DNA of 8,795 nucleotides from Octopus sinensis (Eukaryota), in the NCBI RefSeq assembly GCF_006345805.1, contig NW_021828314.1:1-8795 (forward strand), given 5' to 3'. Position numbers and translations under genes: made by a program. Positions within the stretch are counted from its first letter, which is position 1, and the number at the start of each line of letters is the position of its first letter. Under the pieces are notes generated by a model. The model saw nothing but the letters and a program-made list of their open reading frames with translations, was not told the DNA's origin and made no database searches. Shown in pieces: positions 1 to 7,731 of the stretch.

Positions 1-387
1 AATACTGTCAATTATGCCACAACTACAACGACAAAGACAAGTCAAGTAAAATTATTAAAACAGTTAATGGTAAGGTTCCTGCTGCTACTGTTGTTGTTGT
101 TGCTATTTTTCCCCGAGGATGTCCTGACAGAGAAGATCTACGAACAAAAACATTCCAACTATGACCATCCCTTCCTTGCGTGCGGGGAACCCAGAGCTAT
201 ATTATATTGACGTAATCTTGTTCAAGATTTCTTCAAGAAGTACTTAAGGAAGAAAGGCAGAGTACAAAGCAAAGGTAAAAGACAAAGACTCAAGACGAAG
301 GAAGAATTTAAGAAGGTGTACGTATGGAGGTTGTAACTACCTTTAAAAGTTTCGCAGTCATATTTAGCCACCACCATACACTACCCT

Positions 388-520
388 TTATTTGTTTCAG
401 TCATTAGACACGCACACACGCACACAACATTGTCTTTTATTTATAAATGTTATCATTATTTACTTTAATGTCAAAGTATTCCAAGTTATAAAAATTAATA
501 AATGAAATCGCCTTGAAGGG
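388..520 (-). mobile_element. SINE 3'-end remnant interrupted by a ~100-bp insertion
   Basis: tttgtttcagtcattagac (391-409) and gccttgaaggg (510-520) match the two sides of cttgtttcagtcatttgac[agcggccatgctggagcacc]gccttt in the SINE at 2101-2146. The bracketed 20 nt are replaced by 410-509. Confidence 0.45.
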
Positions 521-841
521 AAGAAGTGTCAAACTCCCTCCTTCAGTGTATAATAAAATGGTTTACAGGTCTGCACTAATACTCTTATTTATTCCTCGAT
601 CGGATCTAGATTTCAGCGGCATGAAGCTCTGCTTTATATTCCTCTTTATTAGATTACTATGTTGTTTGTTAGCCGAATCCGTTAGGGGAGATTCCTGTGA
701 TAGTCGCACAATTATATGAACCCAGAAATTATCCTACAAATACACACACACGCACGCAACATTGTCTTTTATTCATAAATGTTATAATTATTTACTTTAA
801 TGTCAAAGTATTCCAAGTTATAAAAATTAATAAAGGAAATC
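409..841 (+). repeat. Dispersed direct duplication, 85-bp core (425-509 and 757-841) plus a leading CA-type tract
   Basis: Manual alignment gives 82/85 identical at offset 332 bp. Both copies begin with an acacgcac-type microsatellite. Confidence 0.95.
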
Positions 842-1074
842 AATGGCTAGTAACATTAGCTAGTAGTTCAATATTTGAGGGTTAGGAAATCCTCGGAGAA
901 AAAACATGGAGGCGAACACTTTTCTCCATGTGATCGGCCTGAAAAATTGTTAAGACACTAGGATATTTTCCTGCTTTTCTTAACATGAAACCAATAGTAA
1001 CTTTAATTCACAAATGAAGAAATTATATCCACCAATGCGGTGCTGAACACTCATTTTCCTCGTTCAACATTTAC

Positions 1075-1106
<32 letters not shown>

Positions 1107-1120
1107 GTGTGTGTGTGTGT
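1075..1120. repeat. (GT)n microsatellite
   Basis: About 23 GT units with one GC interruption. Confidence 0.97.
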
Positions 1121-1282
1121 ATCATATGTCTCGTATTATAACCTTGATACTGTATGGACTATGATATCCGTTAACAGGCCGCTGATATTTATAGTGTTAA
1201 ACATTTTCGGTATGCAAATTAGGGATTCCTTCATAGAGTAACTGCTGCATTTATTGAGTATATAAACAGTTTGGCTTCTTGT

Positions 1283-1300
1283 TTCACTGGAGACAGTGAA
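1283..1300 (+). other. 7-bp hairpin with GAGA (GNRA) tetraloop
   Basis: ttcactg-gaga-cagtgaa is a perfect stem, 6 nt upstream of the hammerhead-like motif. Confidence 0.6.
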
Positions 1301-1306
1301 GGTGAC

Positions 1307-1361
1307 GTGGACGCCTCTGATGAGAACCCAACAAGGATTGAAAACTGATTAGGATGTTCAT
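1307..1361 (+). ncRNA. Type I hammerhead ribozyme-like motif (minimal, PLE/retrozyme type), possibly degenerate
   Basis: CUGAUGA 1317-1323. Stem II gaacc/ggatt (4 of 5 pairs) with loop caacaa. GAAA 1340-1343. Two-bp stem III aa/tt with ctga loop. UUA cleavage triplet 1349-1351. Stem I gtggacgcct (1307-1316) pairs with ggatgttcat (1352-1361) at 9 of 10 positions, four of them G-U. Confidence 0.55.
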
Positions 1362-1420
1362 CATTTTTTTGGAGTCTGCGAAGAAATGACTGAAATTTGT
1401 TTATAATTATACCATGTTAC

Positions 1421-1563
1421 ATATATAATATATATATTATATATATATTATATAATATATATATATATATATTATATATATATATTATATATATATATAT
1501 GTTATAGTATGTATGTATGGATGTATGTATGTAGGTATGTATGTATGTATGTATATATATATA
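1421..1563. repeat. Compound (TA)n/(TATG)n microsatellite
   Basis: Degenerate TA run 1421-1500, TATG run ~1506-1552, then TA. Confidence 0.95.
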
Positions 1564-1740
1564 AAGCTAAAATAATCTAAGTCAGCTATATATCCTTATT
1601 TCAAATGTTGGCATAAGGCCAGCAATTTTGGAAGAGGATTAAGTCGATCTCAATCACCCAACTTGATTTATGAAATCAACTCTACAAGACCCTTTATCTT
1701 TGACGTTTATTATTCCATCCTCAAGCCTGCTTTTTCTTTT

Positions 1741-1842
1741 TCTTCTTCTTCTTCTTCTTCTTCTTCTTCTTCTTCTTCTTCTTCTTCTTCTTCTTCTTCT
1801 TTTCTTCTTCTTCTTCTTCTTCTTCTTCTTCTTCTTCTTCTT
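1741..1842. repeat. (TTC)n trinucleotide microsatellite
   Basis: About 34 TTC units with one interruption near 1801. It accounts for five artefactual ORFs in the track. Confidence 0.98.
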
Positions 1843-1869
1843 TCTCTTGCTGGATAGAGAATCCCACAA

Positions 1870-2066
1870 ACGATCGTGAGCTCACAGTTTCGATTCCCCG
1901 ACCGGGCAGTGCGATATGTTCTTAAGCACAACACTTCGTTTCACGTCGCTGCAGTCTACTCAGCTGTTAATGGGTAATCCTGAAACGGACCGGCACCCCG
2001 TTCAGGGTGTGTTGTGGTCTCGGTCATTCATGGGTCATTCAAACCGAGAACCCGGCCCTTTGGGTG
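1870..2066 (+). mobile_element. tRNA-derived SINE, 5'-truncated, CORE-like body plus V-domain-like segment
   Basis: B-box-like gtttcgattccc. CORE-like tgttcttaagcacaacactt...cagtctactcagctg, homologous to the SINE at 5994-6308. Then cctgaaacggaccggcaccccgttcaggg, resembling the V-SINE domain (cctgcgatggactggcatcccgtccaggg, from memory). Confidence 0.75.
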
Positions 2067-2093
2067 CTGGATTCAAGATACTACCTAATTAAC

Positions 2094-2299
2094 TTTTTTA
2101 CTTGTTTCAGTCATTTGACAGCGGCCATGCTGGAGCACCGCCTTTAATCGAACGAATCGACCTGGGACTTGTTCTTTGTAAGACTAGTACTTTTTCTATC
2201 GGTTTACTTTTGCCGAACCGCTAGTTACCGGGACGTAACTAACATCGGTTGTCAAGCGGTAAGTGGGGGGACAAACACACAAACACACACACACACACA

Positions 2300-2395
<96 letters not shown>

Positions 2396-2556
2396 TACAA
2401 GCTTCTTTCAGTTTTTGTCTACGAAATCCACTCACAAGGCTTTGGGCGGCCCGAAAGCATAGTAGAAAACACTTGCCCAAGGTTCCACGCAGTGGGACGG
2501 AACTCAGAACCATGTGGTTGGGAAGCAAGCTTCTTACCACACAGCCACGCCTGCGC
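2094..2556 (-). mobile_element. Full-length tRNA-derived CORE-type SINE with internal (TA)n(TG)n microsatellite
   Basis: Minus strand starts gcgcaggcgtggctgtgtggtaag (A box), then ggttctgagttccgtccc (B-box region) and CORE-like accttgggcaagtg. Internal TA/TG tract at 2273-2393. 3' body ends gcggtgctccagcatggccgctgtcaaatgactgaaacaagtaaaaaa. Confidence 0.88.
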
Positions 2557-2559
2557 TTA

Positions 2560-2845
2560 GGACCCTCTTTTTCCCCATTTAGCTTCGCTTATATAATTTT
2601 CTTTCTCATTTGTTCGATGTATTTTTATCTATTTATTTAATTCTACTCTCAATTACAACTTTTCTTTTTACTTTTTTGTCCATTATATTTTTTTCTTTTT
2701 CTTTCTTTATAATCTTTCTTACTTATTTTTCTCTTCTTTTTCCCCACTTCTCTTTCCTTTCTTTTAATGCTTTTTCTTTTACTTCTTTCTTTTCTTATTT
2801 TTCTTCCGTTCCTTCTTTGTTTCCCTTAATCGTTCCTTCTTCTCC
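2560..2845. repeat. T-rich pyrimidine low-complexity tract
   Basis: Degenerate tttc/ttttc/ctta units. It explains the F/S/L-rich 123-aa ORF. Confidence 0.85.
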
Positions 2846-2977
2846 CTGCTGCAGCCAGCCACGGCATAAATTAACATTTATTGACAATCAGCCCCCACCC
2901 CACCCGCCAACAGCATCAACTACGATGCATTGTGCAGTTCTTATATGCAACAACCTAACACCACATGCATCTCTTAC

Positions 2978-3023
2978 CTGAGATGGCACACGAAATGCAG
3001 ACACACATTTGCACGTGCCCCAA
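2978..3023 (-). other. Candidate 46-nt internal micro-exon
   Basis: Minus strand reads tgtacactcttacag|ttgggg...atctcag|gtaaga, with consensus acceptor and donor. All three frames are stop-free. No homology recognised. Confidence 0.28.
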
Positions 3024-3035
3024 CTGTAAGAGTGT

Positions 3036-3232
3036 ACATACACACACACACTCACATATTTCTGTGTATGTATATATACATACACACACACTAACGCACA
3101 CACTCACACATATAGATCATATACGTATATACATGAATGCATATATATATATATTTATTTATATATATATAAACCTTTATGTATGTGTAGGTCTAAAAGC
3201 ATTGTTAATAACATGTGTGGTGGCATATATAT

Positions 3233-3280
<48 letters not shown>

Positions 3281-3547
3281 CATATATATATGTATGTATA
3301 TGATATATATACATATGTATGTATGTATGTACGTATGTATGAACTTATGTGTACATAAATATATATGCCCACATTTATATGCATTTGTATATCTTTGTAA
3401 ACCTGTCCACATACACGAATATATATACGCACAAGCACACAACTCCATACATGTGTGCCTCTGCGCGCGCGCGCGTATGTGTGTGTGAGTGTGTGTGTGT
3501 GTGTTTGTATGTGTGCATGAGTGTGTGTGTGAGTGTGTGTGTGTGTG
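3036..3547. repeat. Long compound microsatellite field (CA, TA, TATG, GC, TG)
   Basis: Direct reading. Source of the Y/I/H/T/C/V-rich ORFs at 2965-3613. Confidence 0.93.
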
Positions 3548-3616
3548 CATATCTAAATTTGTGTTCCTAGTGAAAGCCTTTCCCTGAACGATTAATTGGA
3601 AATCAACGTACAAATT

Positions 3617-3656
3617 CTGTGCTGAATATATTTCAGTTGGTGCACATCTTCAGCAT

Positions 3657-3660
<4 letters not shown>
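3617..3660 (-). ncRNA. Degenerate minimal hammerhead-like motif
   Basis: Minus strand: gatgatg-CUGAAGA-tgtgcaccaact-GAAA-tata-UU-cagcacag. Stem III is the palindrome ATATAT. Stem II is weak (2 bp) and stem I pairs at 4 of 6. Confidence 0.3.
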
Positions 3661-3688
<28 letters not shown>

Positions 3689-3702
3689 GCAGTAGCAGTA
3701 GC

Positions 3703-3761
<59 letters not shown>
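3651..3761. repeat. Graded trinucleotide array (CAT)4-(CAG)9-(TAG CAG)2-(TAG)19
   Basis: Counted directly, in one uninterrupted triplet register. Confidence 0.95.
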
Positions 3762-3774
3762 AACTATTAGATGC

Positions 3775-5057
3775 TATATCATTTAACAGGGATGTTGTCT
3801 TGATGTTTGCTGACTGCAAATCGCTTCAAATCTCAAGAACTTTTCTTAGGATTCTTGCAGGATGCAGGATGATACTTTTCCCCCATCCCAGTTTCTTTCA
3901 CTCTTTTATGTAGCATTTTGGCTGTTGTGCCAAGAGTACCTATTATTACTTTGAGATTAATTGTTGTCTTAGACTTCCATTCTCCTCAGTTCTTTAGCTT
4001 CATCCTGATATTTCTAATTTTTTCCCCAATTTCTTTGGTATCGACTTCGCTATCGTATGGAATTGCAAAATCTGTGATCTTACACTGTTTGTTATTTTCT
4101 CCTCCACAATCATGCCTGGTCTTACTACCTCAATAGTATAGTCAGTCCTTATGGCAAAGTCCCACAAGATCTTTTATCTCTCATTTTCTATCACAGCTTC
4201 TGGTTCATGCTCATATCACTTTTCTATTGATTTGAACCACATACTCGACTAACATCTCAATGCACTTTTTTGCCAATGCAGTCATGCCTGCGCTTATACT
4301 CCTTTTGTGCTAGTAAACTGCATTCACTGAAAATATCATCGATACTCTCGTCTCCTTTCCTGCAGATTCTACATTTGCTGCCTGAGTTTTGGCGACATTT
4401 GCCTCTCAACCAAAGCCAGCGACCTTCACTTCCAGCATTCTTGGTTTGCTGCATGAATTGGCCATGCATTTCTATTTCTTTCCATTTTTTCATTCTTTTG
4501 TCCTTCCTTTTCTTTCTGTTATCTCCTACTGTTTCTATGCAAATATATGGGAAGCTACCATCTGTGTCATCTCTTGTGAAAGGTAGGTGAGTCCAGTTTG
4601 CTGGACATTGTTGTAGAGCTGAAAAAGAAGTAATTTCTACTCTTCTCCTCTGGAAGTCATCTACTCGCAATACCAGAGGGCGCACACTCTCCTACCCTGA
4701 TGTAATCTCCAGGGATACAGGCATCCAGCAACAGGACCTCCGTAATGCCATGATGGACCGTGAAGTCTGGCGTAGCATGGTAAATTCCATTGTCTCGACC
4801 ACGGTCGAACAATGATGATGATGATGATGTTTTTATCACTTTTTGGGTATCTCTGACTAAGGAAACTATTCTTTCTTTATCCTGTACAACATCGTTTTTC
4901 AGACCCAGTATCGCAGTACCAACAGTGACTTTCGCTTTTAGTAAACCTCTACTACCTTCCCTTCTAGCAGATAGGGTCAACTGGCATTAATTTTAGGATG
5001 CAGAGCATTGTACATTGTCAGCGGTGTCCTGGTTCTTCAATTAAAGCTCTGTAGCTC
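3775..5057 (-). mobile_element. Decayed 5'-truncated R4/Dong-clade non-LTR retrotransposon (RT C-terminus, CCHC knuckle, restriction-like endonuclease, 3' UTR)
   Basis: Joined minus-strand frames: ELQSFN*RTRTPLTMYNALHPK..LSARREGSRGLL..KWKEIEMHGQFMQQTK..WLWLR..SKCRICRKGDESIDDIFSECSLLAQKEYKRRHD..VH*..YEHEPEAVIENER*KILWDFAIRTD..RPG..CKITDFAIPYD..KYQD..VIIGTLGT..ARILRKVLEI* (stop 3826-3828). These are characteristic R4/Dong motifs. Multiple stops and frameshifts, His of the CCHC mutated to Asp, PD mutated to PG, and an internal deletion after WLWLR. Confidence 0.92.
4539..4827 (+). mobile_element. RTE-clade LINE 3' fragment nested in the R4/Dong element, with (TGA)5 tail and 9-bp TSD
   Basis: Frame 4537-4815: MQIYGKLPSVSSLVKGR*VQFAGHCCRAEKEVISTLLLWKSSTRNTRGRTLSYPDVISRDTGIQQQDLRNAMMDREVWRSMVNSIVSTTVEQ*, with RTE-type FAGH/LLW/RGR/MxDRxxWR motifs. 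Tail 4813-4827. TSD tgtttctat (4530-4538) and tgtttttat (4828-4836), 8/9 identical. Confidence 0.9.
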
Positions 5058-5312
5058 GATTTCCGACTGCATGTTTTGTCCTTCAACGAGACACTTTATT
5101 TTGACATTGCTGAAGTCTACTTAGCTGGAAAAAATGTGCTGTACCCGTAATTGAAAGGATCAGCCTTGTCCCACGAGGAATCTTCCTGAGAACTACGTTA
5201 AGGGTTACGCGTATCTGAGGAGTGCTCAACCATTTGCACGTGAATTATTCAAGCCGACTGTTCCGTTGGTCGGATCATCTGGAAACCCCGTCATCGTAAC
5301 CAACGGAATGTC
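5054..5312 (+). mobile_element. 5'-truncated, diverged SINE of the same family as 5994-6308
   Basis: gtccttcaacgagacactttattttgac...agctgg...ttgcacgtgaatt...tgttccgttggtcggatcatctggaaaccccgtcatcgtaaccaacgga aligns end to end with the reverse complement of 5994-6260. Confidence 0.82.
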
Positions 5313-5509
5313 AATTTTTTTATGTATATGTACATATGGTGTATTGAATTTTACTGTGTCGTAGCATGGGCGCGATGAAAGGATTTTAGTAAAAGAAATG
5401 GGGTGATAGTCAAATATGTTCGAGCAGCACCTGTCAAGATCATCTACAGTTTGCTTTTCAGCACACGGCATACTTACTCCTTTAAGTTGTGTAGTTTGAT
5501 GCACCACCT

Positions 5510-5990
5510 AACCATTCTGGAAGAACACATCATCATCATCACTGCACACTCTGTTGCGCACAGTATGGCACAATGTACGTCACACAACATCAACTAACAT
5601 CTCACCATATCTGCCATTATATTAAGTTTCACAATAAACCAGCCACTAAATACCACACCATAACACATGCGGCGACATTCGTCATATCATATGACAACAC
5701 AAGCCACACTGTCTCACACCACACAACACACCGCCCACATCGTATGAGCACACTCTAGACTACAATCACTATTAGAACTACTACTACCACCAGCACCACC
5801 TCACGCACACAACCATCTCTAACACTATCCCCGACACACCGCCGACATATAACAACACTCAAAACCACAACACACCAAGACGTGTACAACATAACAGATG
5901 ACAAACTGTATCATAACACAACAGACAAACGCCTCCGCCAGCAACGCCAGCAGCAGCAGCGCCACCGCCACCATGAATTACCGCTACACA
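5510..5990. repeat. C/A-rich cryptic low-complexity tract
   Basis: Strongly G/T-poor on the plus strand. Degenerate acac/acaac/cacc/cat/cag motifs with no clean period. Confidence 0.65.
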
Positions 5991-5993
5991 AAC

Positions 5994-6308
5994 TGGTACT
6001 CCGTCGGTTACGACGACGCGGGTTTCAATTGATATGATCAACGGAAGAGTATGCTCGTGAAATTAACGTGCAAGTGGCTGAGCATTCCACAGACACACGT
6101 CATCTCAGTGAGACTCGGTGTGACACAGAATGTGACAAAAATGGTCATTTGAAATGCAGGTACAACACATTTTTACCAGCTGAGTGGACTGGAACAGCGT
6201 CAAAATAAAGTGTCTTGCTCAAGGACACATGACACCAGCCAGCAATCGAACTTACGAGCTTATGATCGTGAGCCAAATACCTTAACCACTAAACCACGCA
6301 CCTTCACA
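5994..6308 (-). mobile_element. Near full-length tRNA-derived CORE-like SINE
   Basis: Minus strand: tgtgaaggtgcgtggtttagtggttaagg (A box), gttcgattgc (B box), gtgtccttgagcaagacact (CORE-like). 3' tail ends cgtcgtaaccgacggagtacca. Confidence 0.87.
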
Positions 6309-6348
6309 ACCGTAGGAACACACACTAACACCACCAACGCCAAAACCA

Positions 6349-6500
<152 letters not shown>

Positions 6501-6732
6501 CACACGTGAGTCGTCTAAGAGACCATAAGTCAGGGAGAAGATGCACTGGTATATCTGTCAATAAAGTGGGTATGTTATTTGAGAGACTGAAATAGCTTAA
6601 AATGTCTTCACTGAAGATGTTACGTAAAAGATGAATAGTTTTTTCTGTATTACATAATAATCAAAACCACGTGTATTAAATGCATTCAAAATAGCGATGT
6701 TTGGTTTCACTTTATTATCATGCCGTGGTGGG

Positions 6733-6775
<43 letters not shown>

Positions 6776-6795
6776 GGAAAGTGAGAGAGAGAGAA

Positions 6796-6827
<32 letters not shown>

Positions 6828-6900
6828 GGAGGTAGTGAGAGAGAGAGAAACATACATACATGAATACATACATACATGCATACATAAATACGTACACGTA
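6733..6900. repeat. Compound (TA)n-(GA)n-(CATA)n microsatellite
   Basis: Direct reading. Confidence 0.96.
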
Positions 6901-6929
6901 TATCCTTACAAGAGTTAAGGAATGGAGTA

Positions 6930-7020
6930 GATGTGATATGTTTCATTGCGAGCGGAACCTCGGAAGTGGTAAATATCCAAGCGAGGTGTATATACTGCAG
7001 GCTACTCATCAGGCCAAGGA
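6930..7020 (-). ncRNA. Broken hammerhead-like motif with long stem II insert
   Basis: Minus strand: CUGAUGAG, ~60 nt containing the hairpin acctcg/cgaggt, then UGAAACAUAUC (one change from the GAAACAUGUC palindromic type). Stem I does not pair. Confidence 0.22.
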
Positions 7021-7231
7021 TAATGTTGATTAATAAAAGTTCAGATTATCGCAAGAAAGTTCATGCGAACATACGGACGATTCAATCAGAATGTGTAGGA
7101 AGTACAATAGGAGTGGAGATTATAAATGTAGAGAGAAATTAGAATTAAAAGGAAAGAAAAATTACACACGGGCAATGAGAAGAAGGAGGAATTTAAGCAA
7201 AGTCATGTGACCGGTTGTATTCAAAAGGACT

Positions 7232-7449
7232 CAGAAACGTTAGAACGCCGGGCGAAATGCTTAGCGGTATTTCGTCTGCCGTTACGTTCTGGGTTCAAAT
7301 ACCGCCGAGGTCGACTTTGCCTTTCATCCTTTCGGGGTCGATAAATTAAGTACGAGTTACGCACTGGGGTCGATGTAATCGAATTAATCCGTTTGTCTGT
7401 CCTTGTTTGTCCCCTCTGTGTTTAGCCCCTTGTGGGTAGTAAAGAAATA
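7232..7449 (+). mobile_element. tRNA-derived SINE with conserved central domain (Meta/MESC-like, name uncertain), lacking ~12 nt of its 5' end
   Basis: cagaaacgttagaacgccgggcgaaatgcttagcgg head, gggttcaaatacc B box, gactttgcctttcatcctttcggggtcgataaattaagtac central domain, end ccccttgtgggtagtaaagaaata. Confidence 0.88.
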
Positions 7450-7731
7450 CATATTGGCCGAATCACAAAAAGTAGTAAGAGGAGTGGTATTTGAATGAAG
7501 GTAATGTGAAGGGGAGAGGGTGGGGAAATATTTTTGGTCAATGGGGAGAAGAAAGTATGCACGAAGAAATTAAGATGGAATGGGCAAGAATCGTGGCGGC
7601 TCCTACTAGCAATCAATTAAGGAGTGTGTTTTATGCGCGGTGAGTGTGTTTACAGTAAAAAGTAGTAGAGGTGTATGTTGGCGTATGTACTTGTAAGTTT
7701 ACAAGGCGGAGTAGGAGGAGGAGGCAGGTGA

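Noticed and set aside
110-176. Possible diverged fragment of an abundant octopod repeat (ccccgagg...cattccaactatgaccatccc)
   Set aside because: Resemblance is from memory only and too short and diverged to name or delimit.
211-339. Short basic open frame RNLVQDFFKKYLRKKGRVQSKGK..EEFKKVYVWRL*, vaguely like an L1/Tx1 ORF2 C-terminus or a 48-nt exon (227-274)
   Set aside because: Only ~42 codons, purine-rich, with a weak acceptor and no diagnostic motif. It would need a tBLASTx hit.
425-841. Direct repeats as LTRs of a TRIM/mini-LTR element
   Set aside because: No TG...CA termini, PBS, PPT or TSD. The templated-insertion model fits better.
1213-1222. Octamer motif ATGCAAAT (also at 4537-4544)
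   Set aside because: Isolated 8-mer in AT-rich DNA. The second copy lies inside RTE coding sequence and there is no promoter context.
1654-1934. Poly-K/R/E/S/L/F ORFs
   Set aside because: Translations of the (TTC)n repeat, with no coding evidence.
2610-2981. 123-aa ORF and possible plus-strand acceptor after the long pyrimidine tract (ctgcag at ~2852)
   Set aside because: Low-complexity translation starting at a non-ATG codon, with no good donor or recognisable peptide.
2965-3613. Several 70-150 aa ORFs rich in Y/I/H/T/C/V
   Set aside because: Translations of dinucleotide and tetranucleotide microsatellites. The same applies to the ORFs at 2169-2540, 6260-6505 and 6597-7009.
4257-4980. ORFs 4257-4685 and 4657-4980 as genes
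   Set aside because: Chimeric frames made of R4/Dong coding sequence fused to the antisense of the nested RTE.
6585-6640. ctgaaga...gatgaatag, a fourth hammerhead-like core
   Set aside because: No GAAA at the required position and no convincing stems. The heptamer is expected by chance.
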